From the NCBI GenBank assembly GCA_977018835.1, contig OZ361260.1, positions 2,604,001 to 2,668,000 on the forward strand: a DNA stretch of 64,000 bases, written 5' to 3'. Below are positions 1 through 11,600 of this stretch, one piece after another. The stretch is from Minutocellus sp. GHC0000111. Taxonomy: Eukaryota. The notes below the pieces were generated by a model. It was not told the DNA's origin. It ran no database searches and saw nothing but the letters and a program-made list of their open reading frames with translations. A program made the position numbers and the translations under genes. Position 1 is the first letter of the stretch, and each line of letters opens with the position of its first letter.

Positions 1-221
1 GTCTTGTTACACTTTTCTTTTTGGTGATGGGTGGGTGGGTGGGCGGGTGTGACAGGCCCACCCTTTACCCATCCTCCAAACGAGTGCGGATAAATTTTAG
101 GGTAAAAAGACCTGGTCAGAAATTTGAGGCCGGTGTCAACGCCTCTTCAGCTGACGTTCGGCCGACCCTTGATCTTCATCGCCACAATTGCTACCGCTCT
201 ACCAACAAACTCTTAGGAACC

Positions 222-955
222 ATGCCCACCAAGTACGGAGACATCGCCAAGGCCCCCAAGGGTACGTCGCTTGATATGCCAGCGGTCTGGCTGTGCCGCG
301 ATGGGTTTCCCCTTCCGCCAAAATATTTTTACCGCCGACCTGAAAGTTTGTGTGGTTGAAAATGAGCGATGCCAATGCTGCTTGGAGGGATGACAGCTTC
401 AACGAACAAATGACGATTGAGAAGAAGGAAAGGCGCTGCAAAGCCGGCCAGGTGATCGCGGACAATGTTGTATTGGAGCACCATCGCTGGGACCAGTGTC
501 CAGTATCTTTGGAGGAGACCGAGACGCATGCATGTGTTGCAGTACCGCAGCAGCACAAATGCAATTGCAGGCCAGCAACTGTGGATTGACGCCGCGCCCA
601 CCAGCATTTGTTCTGACAATTGATTCTCACAATGCATGCATGCATAACACCTCACCCCAATATACCATTTCCATAATCACAACTCAAACACAACAGACAT
701 CCTGTCCGAGGACTACACCGACAAGGTCACCCTCAAGGCTAAGAAGAATGCCGGCCCCGTCGCCGTTACCCTCGAGACCGCCCGTGGCTCCGGCGGTGCT
801 CTCTCCTCCAAGGTTGGCACCAAGTTCGCCTACGCCGGACTCTCCTTCGACAAGGTCCAGCTGACCGCCGACGGCGGACAGGTCCTCGAGACCAGCCTCG
901 TCCCCTGCGAGGGCGTCAAGCTCTCCTTCAAGGGCAACAAGGGAGCCGACCTCGG
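222..955 (+). pseudogene. VDAC: Mitochondrial porin (VDAC), 2 exons (222-261, 697-~955), truncated after ~100 codons
   Basis: Spliced across GT..AG intron 262-696 it reads MPTKYGDIAKAPKDILSEDYTDKVTLKAKKNAGPVAVTLET...LSSKVGTKFAYAGLSFDKVQL...KLSFKGNKGADLG, a typical VDAC N-terminus with strong C-ending codon bias. It then runs abruptly into GT-rich UTR-like sequence. Confidence 0.75.
355..467 (+). ncRNA. Candidate intronic box H/ACA snoRNA in the VDAC intron
   Basis: Hairpin GTTGAA(355)..TTCAAC(403), ANANNA-type box AAATGA (408-413), hairpin CGATTG..TGATCG (414-458), ACA at 462-464. Confidence 0.35.
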
Positions 956-1416
956 GAGAAGTGTTTACTTTGGTTGGTTGGCTGTTTGTATGGTATGGTA
1001 TGGTGGGTTGGTTTCTTTTGTCCGAAACGTTTGCATTCGAATATACATGAACGCAGCAAAGGCTAAATGAATAGGAGGGAGGAAGGTGTCAGGTGTCGGG
1101 ACAGCCATGCATTGACTGTTCTCTGGAGTTATTATGTGACCAGGGAAGGTCAAGAAAGCCGTTTGGTTTGTTTGGCCGATTATATCGCATATTTGATCTG
1201 CAGGGGAGGATCACTTGATACCGTCTTCGCCTCCTTTCTCCATTTGGCCGCGATGTGTTCAGTATAGGTACATAAAGAGTAATGTGTAAGTGTGTAGTAC
1301 TTTCTATTGTGTGCCTAGCCTGTACTAGATCTACTTAGTACAGGCGAGCTCGGTGAGAGCCCGCAATGCAGTCAAAGAGATCATCTCTTCATAGGTTCCT
1401 AGCTTATATTGGGGCC

Positions 1417-2724
1417 TTATGCTAGCGTGCCTCGGTCCGTGCATTGAAAGAGATCATTTACAGATGGGAACGCGATATTGATCGCCCTATTGAGCCAGAC
1501 GGCATACGATAAAGTTCCAACGATGGAAAGAGACAGGATGGAAAGGCAAATTTTTTGAAGCGACGTGGTTTGGCGAATCACAACATCCTGAATCACATTC
1601 AGATTGATTTCACCCTTTTCTGTGTAGCTTTCCAACACCAGCGAATCAATAAAAGTGCAGACCTTGGCCTCATTGTTCGCCTGGTTCTCGTAGTTGCCAT
1701 CCTCTCGGTCGGTCTGCATAAAGCCGGCAGAAATTCCGTGCTTTGTCTCGCATTTGCCTGCGGCATTGTAGAGTTCCTCGCACATCTCATTGACCTCGTT
1801 GGCATCATTTTTATCATTATCCTTTCCATCACCATCCTCATTATCTTCTGCGCAGCTAATACACCCCGATGACATGCTGCTGGAATGATCGTACGTGGCA
1901 GAAAGGGTTCCATACCACAGCTTGAATCCGATGAAATCTTTCATGGTCTTGTGTTCAGGCAGCTCGTATTTTACGCTGCAATCCTCGTCAGTGAAAAGGC
2001 CAATGTAAATCCTCCTCCCATTGGCACTGCATTTCGGTCCAATGTACAGTTGCTCTTTTGCTTCATTGTTGCCCTCACCGCCAGCATTGTCATCATCGCC
2101 ATTGACTACGTCCATCTGCTTACACTCCATATATTCACTGGCATCGACGTAGCCATTGTCACCAAGGTTCTCGTACGTTTGGCAATCGGCGAGGCAGGAC
2201 TCATCGCAATATCCTCCCTCATTGCATGCCTCCTCACACTGTTGGCAGGTATTCTCGAAGGTACGACGACTTTGTTCTGTAGCCGAGGCCAGATAATCCT
2301 CAACAGGCAAGACGTACTCACCAAAGGGTACCCCGTAGTCGGAAGAGCAAGAAGTACGACAGCTATCGCTCGGGCAGAGGCGAAAGATGACGAAGTGCTC
2401 CAACCCAAGGACGGTGGTGGCGTCCTCCTCTTCGGCTAGGTCGTCATTCCATGAAATGACGTTTTGGCATTTCTCAAACCTAATCGAATACGTCGATAAG
2501 TCGTAAGGGCCATTGTCATTGTTGTGGTAGTTGTCTTGCTCTTCATCTTGTTGTTGTTGATAATCCACATCTTCTAACCTGCGGCCCAACAAGCGGGCAA
2601 TATTTGTGTCGGCGGATGCCGACCAATTCTGAGCCTGCACCTGGGCTGCTTGTTGTGACGCAAGAGCGACCGTCGCCGCCAGAGCGACCGATGCCGGACC
2701 AGCAAGCCTCCTCTTATGCATCAT
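1417..2724 (-). CDS. Silicanin-1-like (Sin family) Cys-rich, acidic type-I membrane protein
   Basis: 435 aa with signal peptide, RRL propeptide motif, N/Q/D/E-rich luminal part with YSIRFEKCQ, FRLCPSDSC, GEYVL..EDYL, YIGPKC and IGLFTDEDC blocks, then one C-terminal TM helix and a short tail. Confidence 0.7.
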   Translation of the reverse strand: MMHKRRLAGPASVALAATVALASQQAAQVQAQNWSASADTNIARLLGRRLEDVDYQQQQDEEQDNYHNNDNGPYDLSTYSIRFEKCQNVISWNDDLAEEEDATTVLGLEHFVIFRLCPSDSCRTSCSSDYGVPFGEYVLPVEDYLASATEQSRRTFENTCQQCEEACNEGGYCDESCLADCQTYENLGDNGYVDASEYMECKQMDVVNGDDDNAGGEGNNEAKEQLYIGPKCSANGRRIYIGLFTDEDCSVKYELPEHKTMKDFIGFKLWYGTLSATYDHSSSMSSGCISCAEDNEDGDGKDNDKNDANEVNEMCEELYNAAGKCETKHGISAGFMQTDREDGNYENQANNEAKVCTFIDSLVLESYTEKGEINLNVIQDVVIRQTTSLQKICLSILSLSIVGTLSYAVWLNRAINIAFPSVNDLFQCTDRGTLA

Positions 2725-3221
2725 TGAGTAAACGGGGCAGCTGAAACGGGGACAAATAAATGCTGTCGCCGCTCAATCAAGAACATCATACATGTAGCAA
2801 ACATAGCATACTGTAGCATGGCGCTCGCTGATTCCACTCCCCGCTCATCCTTTTCACCTTCTCTTTTTCCTTTTCCTTTTTCCAAACCTCCCTTCCATGC
2901 ATGACTTTCGATGATGACGTCGATAGCGATGAGGCGGACACAGCCGTGTTCTCTGCCCGGCCACCGCACCTGCTCCAACTTTTCACTTCGGCATCTCCTT
3001 CAAGTGGATACGAGAGACCAAATACACCAAAGGAGAACCGACTGACAAAGCCCAGACTGGTCCAAGATTGTTATTGGTGTCGTCTTACGTTTGCGCTGGT
3101 GGATCGTTCAAAGTTTTCTACATATTTTCCCGTCCGTCCATCGGGCCCTTCCCTTGTTGCCTTGTTGAAGAAGAGAAGCCATCAATCGATTCTTCGTACG
3201 TGTTGAATCCTTCATTCGACC

Positions 3222-5563
3222 ATGATGGGCAAGGATTCGTTATCGCAATGCCTGCGACTGGCGGCCTTTACATATGCCATCGGCGGGAGGAGATGTGGGG
3301 CGAGTTGGGTGGATCCCGATACTCCCAAGGAGGCACACGCCACCGAGGCCTACACGCACGGTGACGATCGCGAATACGAGCTGGTGTTCTCCGACGAGTT
3401 CGAGGTGGCCGGACGAAGTCTGGCCGATGGGGACGATCCCCGATGGACTGCTCTGAACAAGAACGATTGTGAGTGATGCACTCGAAGTAGAATTTTCTAG
3501 TCTTATTCGCAACCCCTTTGTTCGTTTCAATCACTTGCTTTTCATGCTTGCGTGTACATGCGCATGTTCCATGTTCCATGTTCCATCTCACCTCTCCCCT
3601 TCACTCGCCTCATTTCTTTGCAGACACCAACGAGGCGTTGCATTTCTACAGTCCCGAGAATGTCAAGACGGAGAATGGAGTGCTGAACATAACCACCATC
3701 CACAAGACCAACAAATACAAGGCCTTTAACGAAAAGACAAAGAAGTTTTACGTCGATGCCAAGCACATACAATCTGGGATGGTCCAGGGTTGGAATATGT
3801 TTTGCATAACTGGTGGTATCGTTGAATTCTCGGCCAAGCTTCCCGGTGATCCGACGGTCGGTGGTCTTTGGCCTGCCTGTGAGTATTGATTCTCTAAAGA
3901 ATGATGAAAGGAGTGCACCATTGTTTGTAATATTTCGTCAGATTGAGGGAGCACTGACCAACACATATGTATTAATATCTCTTCTAAATTTCACAGTGTG
4001 GATGCTTGGCAACCTCGCGAGAGGTACATATGTCGGGTCGTCGGATTACGTCTGGCCATTCAGCTACAACGAGTGCAGTGAAGATACGCGGAATAGCCAA
4101 AAGATCAATGCGTGCGATAGGGTCGCTCACTACAGCATGGAGCCGGGAAGAGGACGCGGTTCGCCAGAGATTGATCTTTTGGAAGCAATGATGGGCGAGC
4201 CAGGTCCCTTGCCCAATACACCGATTCAACGGCCGTATTTTTCGACGTCGTTACAGGTCGCGCCGGGGATCAAACAGAATCGCCCTCAGCTGGGACACCA
4301 GCCCAAGGCCGGCACTTGGTACGAAGGGCTGGAATACGGCAAACACGTCAATTCCAGTCTGAATCCATTCTTTTATGGGGTGACACTGATCCATGAGCCC
4401 AAGAGCTACACATACCAATCAGATGCGATATCGGCCAATACCCATATTGGGCAAACATATTTCGACGATTTCCATGACTATCGAGTGGAGTGGGAACCGC
4501 CCGAAAGAAATGGGACCGGTGGATATCTTCGGTGGTATCTGGACAAACAATTTGTTTTCGGTATTCAGGGGGAGAGCCTATCCTTGACGGGAACCGAAAT
4601 TCCGAGCGAGCCCATGTACCTTCTGATGAATACAGCAGTCGCTACTACGTGGGGATTTCCTCTGCCCTGTCCAGATGGCTGCGATTGCGATTGCTACGAA
4701 TGCGGCAACCCGGACTGTTCCTGTGGCTTCCCTCAGGGGTTCTGTTCCAATGTTCCCGCACACTTCGAGATCGAACATGTTCGAGTTTGGCAGGCCAAGA
4801 ATGAATCGAAGCATGTGCTAGGTTGTTCGACAGAAGATCGTCCTACTGCACATTTTATTGAGGGGAATAAGAAGAACTTTATGGAGAGTGGAGACAAAGA
4901 GCCATTGAAACTACTTAAAAATGGTGGCGGACTCTGTCACAAGGATAGCCAATGTGGCGGGACTGAACGGGGAAAGTGCACCCCCTCCGGCCATTCCACT
5001 TCCAAATGTGTCTGCAACGAAGAATTCACTGGGCCGATGTGTTTGGCTCATAAAGGTTTTTATGACCACCCCTACATTCCTAAACAGCAGAGCTTGAAGT
5101 GTGAGTATACGATGCTTGTTTGGAATGTAGCTCATTCTGCATTCTGAGGTCTCCATAATTTTGAATTGCACCTAGGTATGTCCTCATTCTGTCATTTTCA
5201 ATACTATCATCATCTACAGTGCAACCTCTTTCGGTCCCCTTGAGCATGGCAATCTTAGCTGCACTCATCGCTATTGGATTCGGCGCAACTCTTTTTGCGA
5301 TGGTTCGGCAAAAGAGGAAGGAAGACCGTGATTGTCAATACCGAAAGGTACAAGCATCGCCCAGTACTCGACAGGCAATGGGATCGGGAGGTGGATATCC
5401 TCCACAGGGCATCAGCGCTAATGCAGGCCGATCCGCTCAGCAAAGCTCGTACCAAAATCAGAACCAACAAACGGGCAACTCACAGACATCGCCATCGCAG
5501 ACGGCTAAGGGGAAAAACGTTAGGACATATTGCATGATTGATGGCCGGCTAATTGATGAATGA
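3222..5563 (+). CDS. KRE6/SKN1-like GH16 beta-1,6-transglycosylase (diatom TGS type); exons 3222-3468, 3624-3878, 3997-5100, 5220-5563
   Basis: WVDPDTP, LVFSDEF, SGMVQGWN.FC.TGG, GLWPA-LWMLGNLAR, catalytic PEIDLLE, an EGF-like Cys segment and a C-terminal TM. All three introns are GT-AG and phase-consistent. Start codon uncertain. Confidence 0.88.
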
Positions 5564-5669
5564 ATGCAAAGTCCTCTTTTAAAACAACTATGCTAGTCCA
5601 TATTTATATGTACTTCGAATCGGCAGCAAAACTGTGTTTTGCTTTCTACTGTACTACGCAAAACTTTCA

Positions 5670-6947
5670 CTATTTCAGCTTGAGTCGAAACATCTTTTTC
5701 CAGAGCGTTCCAGTAACATATAACACTCCGTCTTCTCCCGACACCGACACACCATTGAGAACATCGGCGCCATCGTGTTTCCTTTCGCTCTTTGGCCACA
5801 AGTCCTTGAATTCGTACTCATCTTCGCATTCGCCTGTTTCTGGGTTAATTACCAAGAGAATATCCTTATACCAGACATTTGCTATGATTCTCCCGTTGAC
5901 GAATTCAAGTTCGTTGAGCTCCTTCGCATCATCCTTGGGATTTTGTCGAATCACCTTGACACGCTCCTTCTTGTCTATTCCAGGATTATCTGGATCCCAA
6001 AAGTGCAAATATTCCGACCCATCGCTCACAATGAGAGTCCGATCTCGTGGATCATAAGTTATTCCCCATCCTTCGTCGACGGTTGTTGTGAAGGAGTATG
6101 ACGATATTGTTTCCAAAGTTGTAGCATTGTATACAAATCCCGTCTTGGCCTTCCAGGTTATTTGCACAAGTTTGTCTTCCCCATTTATGTACGCCATACC
6201 CTCTGCAAAGAACTTGGGGTCCATGTCCACCGATTTGAGAACCTCTCCAGTTGTGGCATCCAGCTGTCGGATTTTGCTTTTCTTGTATAAGCCAACGGAC
6301 TCATAGAGCATGCCATTATCGGTGTTGTAGGTGAGCCCCTGTGTAAAAGATTTTTTATCGTGCTGCATCTCCTCCAAAATTTCATACCGAACTCCATCCG
6401 CCAATGTCACCTCCTCGTGCTCTCGTGGTTCGACCCACCAAAAGTTGTTGGGCGATGGCGGGTGTGCATCAGCAGGCGGGTCCGTACTAGGATTCGGTCG
6501 CCCACCCTTGCTTGGTTTACCCCCGAGCGGACCATTCCGATGCTTATTCCAGGGTGCCCACGGGTGATGATTCCCTCCCTTGACCCGTTCGCCATTCTTC
6601 CACTTGATTTGGCCCGACGTCTTGCCCGCATCGTTCTCTCCGGCCACGTCATTGTCGGAGCTCTCGACCGCTACGATTCCCTGCTCCTTTCCACCGCCGG
6701 TGAAGTAAACCACCGCCACCAGAGCCAAGAAAACAACACTAATTCCAAAGAAGAGTCGATTTTGCCTTTGCACCGCCGGGCGGTAGCTGAATCCCACCTC
6801 CTCATCGTCATCGTTGGAGAAGGCATCGGCACTTGAAGGATCATCCCTGTAGTGACCAGCGGTTGAGGCGGAGTGTCCGTCATGCACTTCGGTAAGTTCC
6901 AGGCCATCATCTGGGCCACCACGTTGAGGCATTACTGCCGATCTCAT
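5670..6947 (-). CDS. Glutaminyl-peptide cyclotransferase (plant/bacterial type) with N-terminal membrane anchor
   Basis: HD..SFTQGL, LYESVGLY, FAEG, EGWGIT, SDGS, LNELE, ANVW and DVLNG..LYVTG.LW motifs. Confidence 0.92.
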   Translation of the reverse strand: MRSAVMPQRGGPDDGLELTEVHDGHSASTAGHYRDDPSSADAFSNDDDEEVGFSYRPAVQRQNRLFFGISVVFLALVAVVYFTGGGKEQGIVAVESSDNDVAGENDAGKTSGQIKWKNGERVKGGNHHPWAPWNKHRNGPLGGKPSKGGRPNPSTDPPADAHPPSPNNFWWVEPREHEEVTLADGVRYEILEEMQHDKKSFTQGLTYNTDNGMLYESVGLYKKSKIRQLDATTGEVLKSVDMDPKFFAEGMAYINGEDKLVQITWKAKTGFVYNATTLETISSYSFTTTVDEGWGITYDPRDRTLIVSDGSEYLHFWDPDNPGIDKKERVKVIRQNPKDDAKELNELEFVNGRIIANVWYKDILLVINPETGECEDEYEFKDLWPKSERKHDGADVLNGVSVSGEDGVLYVTGTLWKKMFRLKLK

Positions 6948-8006
6948 TGGCTTGTGGGAGAGCGGCGGCTATCGGCAAATAGCGTACCAGTAGCGTAGCA
7001 GAGTGGCGGTACCTAGGTACGGCCGCTCGTACGCAGTCGGCGCGGGAAACCGCCGTGGCATCATTATGACGAAGCAGAAACAGTCCGACTACCAGCTGTG
7101 GTCATCGTCATCTGCCCTCAGAGACTGCTCAGAGAAGAACTTTCTTGTTTGCGAAAAAAGTTATTTGAACCGACAGAGATCTACTACGCGCTCCTAAGGC
7201 CTAAGAAGTCGTACATGTACTAGCTCTAGCTAGTAGGAGCCCAGTAGTACTTCCCAGTAAAACAAGGCAACAGCCAATTGATTGATCCTGACTGGAATGC
7301 TTTATGGTACCGGTACATCGGCGGCTGGCTCTAGATCTACTACATGTAGAAAGATTCCTCCCCTTCACTGATCTTTCACTGCTTCTTCTACCAGCTAGAT
7401 CTATCGGTACCAGTGCATGTGTTTCGTCTACATCTCTCTCACACTGGGGAAGAAATGAAAATCCAATTGATACTGCAAAAGCTCTGGGATCATGCAATTC
7501 ATCTTCTTGGTGGTATCGTTGTAAGTGTTGCCATTCTCATGTATGTTCGTAGATGTCTCAAGGACCGCAAGAATGGGGCGAATAAGGGCCAACAACAGCA
7601 ACAAGGATGATCCCACGGAAGGCGCGGTGAGAGGAAGAGAAAAAGAAAACAGAACGACAAAAGAAAGAACAACCGTAGCCAAACACCAAAGCCCAAAAGG
7701 AAGGAAAAGAAGCCCAAAAGAATACCATCTTCCAGTGAAACTGATATCGATGATGCACAGAAGTACCAGGCCCTAGAGGAGGGCGGCGGGGAGAATGAAT
7801 TAAAAATGCTCGAAATGGAAGATCAAGGAACACAAGTCTAGGTCGGTCTACTCGCTAGCTACGTATGTAAAAGGGGTAAGAATTTAGAGAGACCATGGAA
7901 AGAAACATAGATCTGCATTTCGATAAACGTGTACGTGGTTTTTTTCACATAGGGCATCATTTTGTCTACATATAATTGCACTGATTTGACAACCGGTCTG
8001 TATATA

Positions 8007-8563
8007 TGTTAGTCCCAAAATGCGCACTTTCCCAGTTCGCGAACTGGGATCCCAGTTTGCGGACTGGGATTTATTTATCCCAGTTTGGAAACTGGGATCA
8101 CAGGCACAATCTCAGTTTGCAAACTGGGATCGATCGAGAAATAAATGAAGGATGATATCGCCTTTGCTTCTCCTCGCTGTTAGGGTTAGGGTACTAACCC
8201 TAACCCTAACCCTAACCCTGTGATGCACAGTGCATTTTGTATTGTAGATAGATCTACCAGTACATGTACAAAATAGTCGTTGTGCATGAGCCAACACCGG
8301 CGCGGCAGTTACCATTCTGGCACTTGCCGAGAACACCAGTTTCCAAACTGGTATTTATTATTGTTCCTGTTCGCGAACTCGTCTGGTTCCCATATTCGGA
8401 TTAGCTTATTTATCTCAGTTTACATTCTGGTAGTATCAGTGCGCAAACTGGGATCCTAGTTTGGGAACTGGGGCCCAGTGCGCAAACTGGGATAAATGAA
8501 TCTCAGTTCGCAAACTGGGATCCCAGTTCGCGAACTGGGACAGTGCGCATTTTGGGACTAACA
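8007..8563. mobile_element. Non-autonomous foldback/MITE element, ~90-bp TIRs, flanked by TATA
   Basis: TGTTAGTCCCAAAATGCGCACT at 8007 and its exact reverse complement ending at 8563, (TA)n on both sides, and about 12 internal CCCAGTT....AACTGGG palindromes. Confidence 0.9.
8180..8219. repeat. Head-to-head telomere-like repeats (TTAGGG)2-TA-C(TAACCC)4 inside the MITE
   Basis: Read directly from the sequence. Confidence 0.9.
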
Positions 8564-8656
8564 TATATATGCATATGAAATCACTCTATAATCAATTCAA
8601 GATACATCTATTTGTGCTATTAATAATACATAATGTACATGTCCATAGCCTTCACT

Positions 8657-11600
8657 TTAGACATTTTCATCAGCGGAATCTACCGAAATAGATCCAATCG
8701 CAACGATGTCTTCAAGCATGACTTCCTCTCCTTCTCCAGAGGGTTCAGGCAATATAATTTCGCTTTCTGCCTTGGACCTTGAGGTAAACAAATTGGAAAG
8801 CTTGGACTTGATGTTGGATGATTCTTCCTCATTGACCAACGAAAGATCACTGACGGTAGATCTGCTTTTGTTATGACGAGTTTCAATAACACCAGCAAGT
8901 TGGAAAGTGTTCCGGTCATCCATATCATTATCATCAGCATCGATCCAGCGCTTCTTGGCATACATTGCGCCAATGACACTAAGCCCGATGACCAAAAGAA
9001 TGACAAATCCCACCATCACACCATTTCCCTTCTTCTCGTTTGTCTTGGGACCAATCTGCGATCCAGACGTCGCTGCGGTGGCACCGGCCACGATGAAATC
9101 TCCCTTTCCAACATCGTTAGAATCAGACGCTTTCGTAGAGCTCTTCTTTGACTTTTTGTGAGCAGAGTTCTTATTACTCTTCTTTCCTTTTCCCTTTCCA
9201 TCAGTTTCATCTACTCCTTCGACGCTATCTCCAGCAATGTCATCTCCAGCAATGTCATCGACGCTAATTTCTGTTTGTGTCTGCGCTGATGTTGGACTGA
9301 CAGTTGTTGGAGGCAAAGAGGGCATGCTCGTTGGACGGATGGTACTTGGAGCAACCGTTGGCATGCTGGTAATCGGTGCGGAGCTCGGTGTTCCACTAGG
9401 CTCGCCGCTGGGCTCTCCACTAGGCTCGGCGCTGGGCTCTCCACTTAGCTCGGCGCTGGGCTTGGTGGTACTGGGCATGACATTGTCTACAACCACCGCA
9501 ATAGAGGTAGGTTGTTGAGAAGTGCTGGAACTTTGTGTTGGGCTACTGGTACCGGTAGGAGTAACACTCGGTGAACTTGAGGGAACGCTCGTAGGCGGCG
9601 TGCTGGGTTCTCCGCTGGGGCGTTCACTTGGCTCGGAAGTAGGAGCAAGACCGGTAGTTTCATCAAAAGTAGGTCGAAGTGTGCTGGGCTTGGATGTGGG
9701 AATACGATCGTTGAGGGATTGTTCTTCATTTTCGGTACCTGTAGCAACGCCAAACACCGCGAATCTAGTATCTCAAGGAAACTCCAATCGAGAGGAACGC
9801 AAAGCAGTCGACTTCTCGAAAGTTTTCGCAAGCTGCGTTGGGGATGATAGTACTAACGTAGGAGGGGTCATCTTGGCAAGAATCTTCCCATCCTCCAAGC
9901 TGAGTATCGGCAGTATCCTGAGCAACGGCGTCTCCAATTGATGGCTTCGACGATGGCGCAGATGTTTCTTTGACCGGCGAATGAGAAGGCTGCATGCTGG
10001 GTACAGAAGCGACGGGCGAGGCAGCAGTGTCCTCAGCGGCGTCCGTCGGCCTGTTGGTTTGGGTGGCTGATGGACTTGCCGTTGTAGGGTGCATCGATGG
10101 ATGTGAGCTACGGGTGACCGTTGGACTTGCCGATGTCGGAGACTCGGTCGGTGCATCAGTCGGGGGAAGTTGAAACCCGCAAGAGAAATTTGTTTCAATC
10201 GTCTGTACTGACTGGACCCGGTCTGACGAAGTCTTGTCACAACAAGTCGCATACTACCACCATCAAGTACGGACGATAGGGCATCATCGAGCATATTCTT
10301 CTCGGGACGTACAAAGGACCTCTCATCGACTGATGAATCAACGTAGAAATGAGCCACCATTTGCATCCGCACTATGAGATATCCAGGACTCTCTTCTTCA
10401 ACGCCGTCCGATCCAATGCGGTTATCTGCTTCGATCATGTCGTTGTCCATGCTGATGCTCGTACTCTTTGACTTCTTTGTTCGTAGATTTCTAGCTCTCT
10501 TCACCGGACTTTCCACCAAGTTGTGGATCTGTTTGCCTCCAAGAATTTGATAGAAGAAAGTGAAGGAGATCTCGAATCTCTCAACCTCCGCTGGCACATA
10601 CATCTTTGTCTGCAACTGCTTGAGAACAACATCATTCATGGCCTCATTGAACGCATCGAATGAAGCTTGATCAAGATACGACGAGACTCCATCAAAGTGG
10701 AAATCAAAGGAAGTACCAAAGGCGAGGATCTCCTTTGGAGGCACGGACGGAGAGTGGCTTGGCATATCAGAAGATGTCTCTGTAGGTTGTTGGGAAGCAG
10801 TGACCGATGGCGACGAACTGGGACTGTTCGACGGGGAAGATGAGGCAGCCAAAGTCGGAGATGAAGTGGGAGATACAGATGGTCGCGATGAAGGTTTGTT
10901 TGTGGTTGGCGAAGCAGTTGGAACCTCAGATACGGTTGCCGTTGGACTTGCGCTTGGTGGTGTCGAACTCGTTACTGACGGCAAGGCGCTGGGCAAAGCT
11001 GAATCAGTGAGGGTCGGATACGAGCTGGGACCAAACGTTGGGAACGAGGAGGGAGTCAGAGAAGGCGCGGCCGTAGGCGACGAACTTGGCTGGGAGGAAG
11101 GTTGCGGGGTGGGACTTTCCGTCGGCGCTGTGCTTGGTTGCTCCGAGGGCCTTGCCGATGGGCTCGCGGTCGGTGCCAGTGTTTGGAAGCCATGGAATTC
11201 GATCTCGTTGACCTTGCTAAGCATTGGATTTCGGCTCACCCGAAGACGAAGCTTGAGGGCCAGTTGCTGGAATTGATCCAAAAACAAATGCTCAATGGCA
11301 ACATCGATGGCCTGAGAATCGGGAACGAGCGACGCATCGCACTCCAAACCATCAGCGCGAGGAACGTCCAATACAGGCAGGGGCACGTGAATCGTCTTTT
11401 GGATGGACATGATCAGCTCAAACGATTTGAGCCTCCTGCTCCCCTCTCCCTCGGCACCATCTTCCTCTCCGAGAAGGACTCGGTAGCTGGCCAAGTTTTG
11501 ATATCTGAGAATGGTAGACATTTCTATCTTGGATCTGCTTTGGCTTCCCAGATTATCAGGCAGAATGATATTCCCCATAATCATGTCATTGACCTCTTCG

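Noticed and set aside
2901..3206. 101-aa ORF upstream of the KRE6-like gene
   Set aside because: It stops before the conserved region, shows no homology cues, and no convincing splice joins it to the gene.
7456..7800. Small TM-containing ORF (MKIQLILQKLW...)
   Set aside because: About 51 codons with no recognisable family; it could be a small gene or relic but is not supportable.
8031..8540. Palindromic repeats resembling a CRISPR array
   Set aside because: Spacing is irregular and very short with no unique spacers, there are no cas genes, the context is eukaryotic, and the repeats are part of TIRs.
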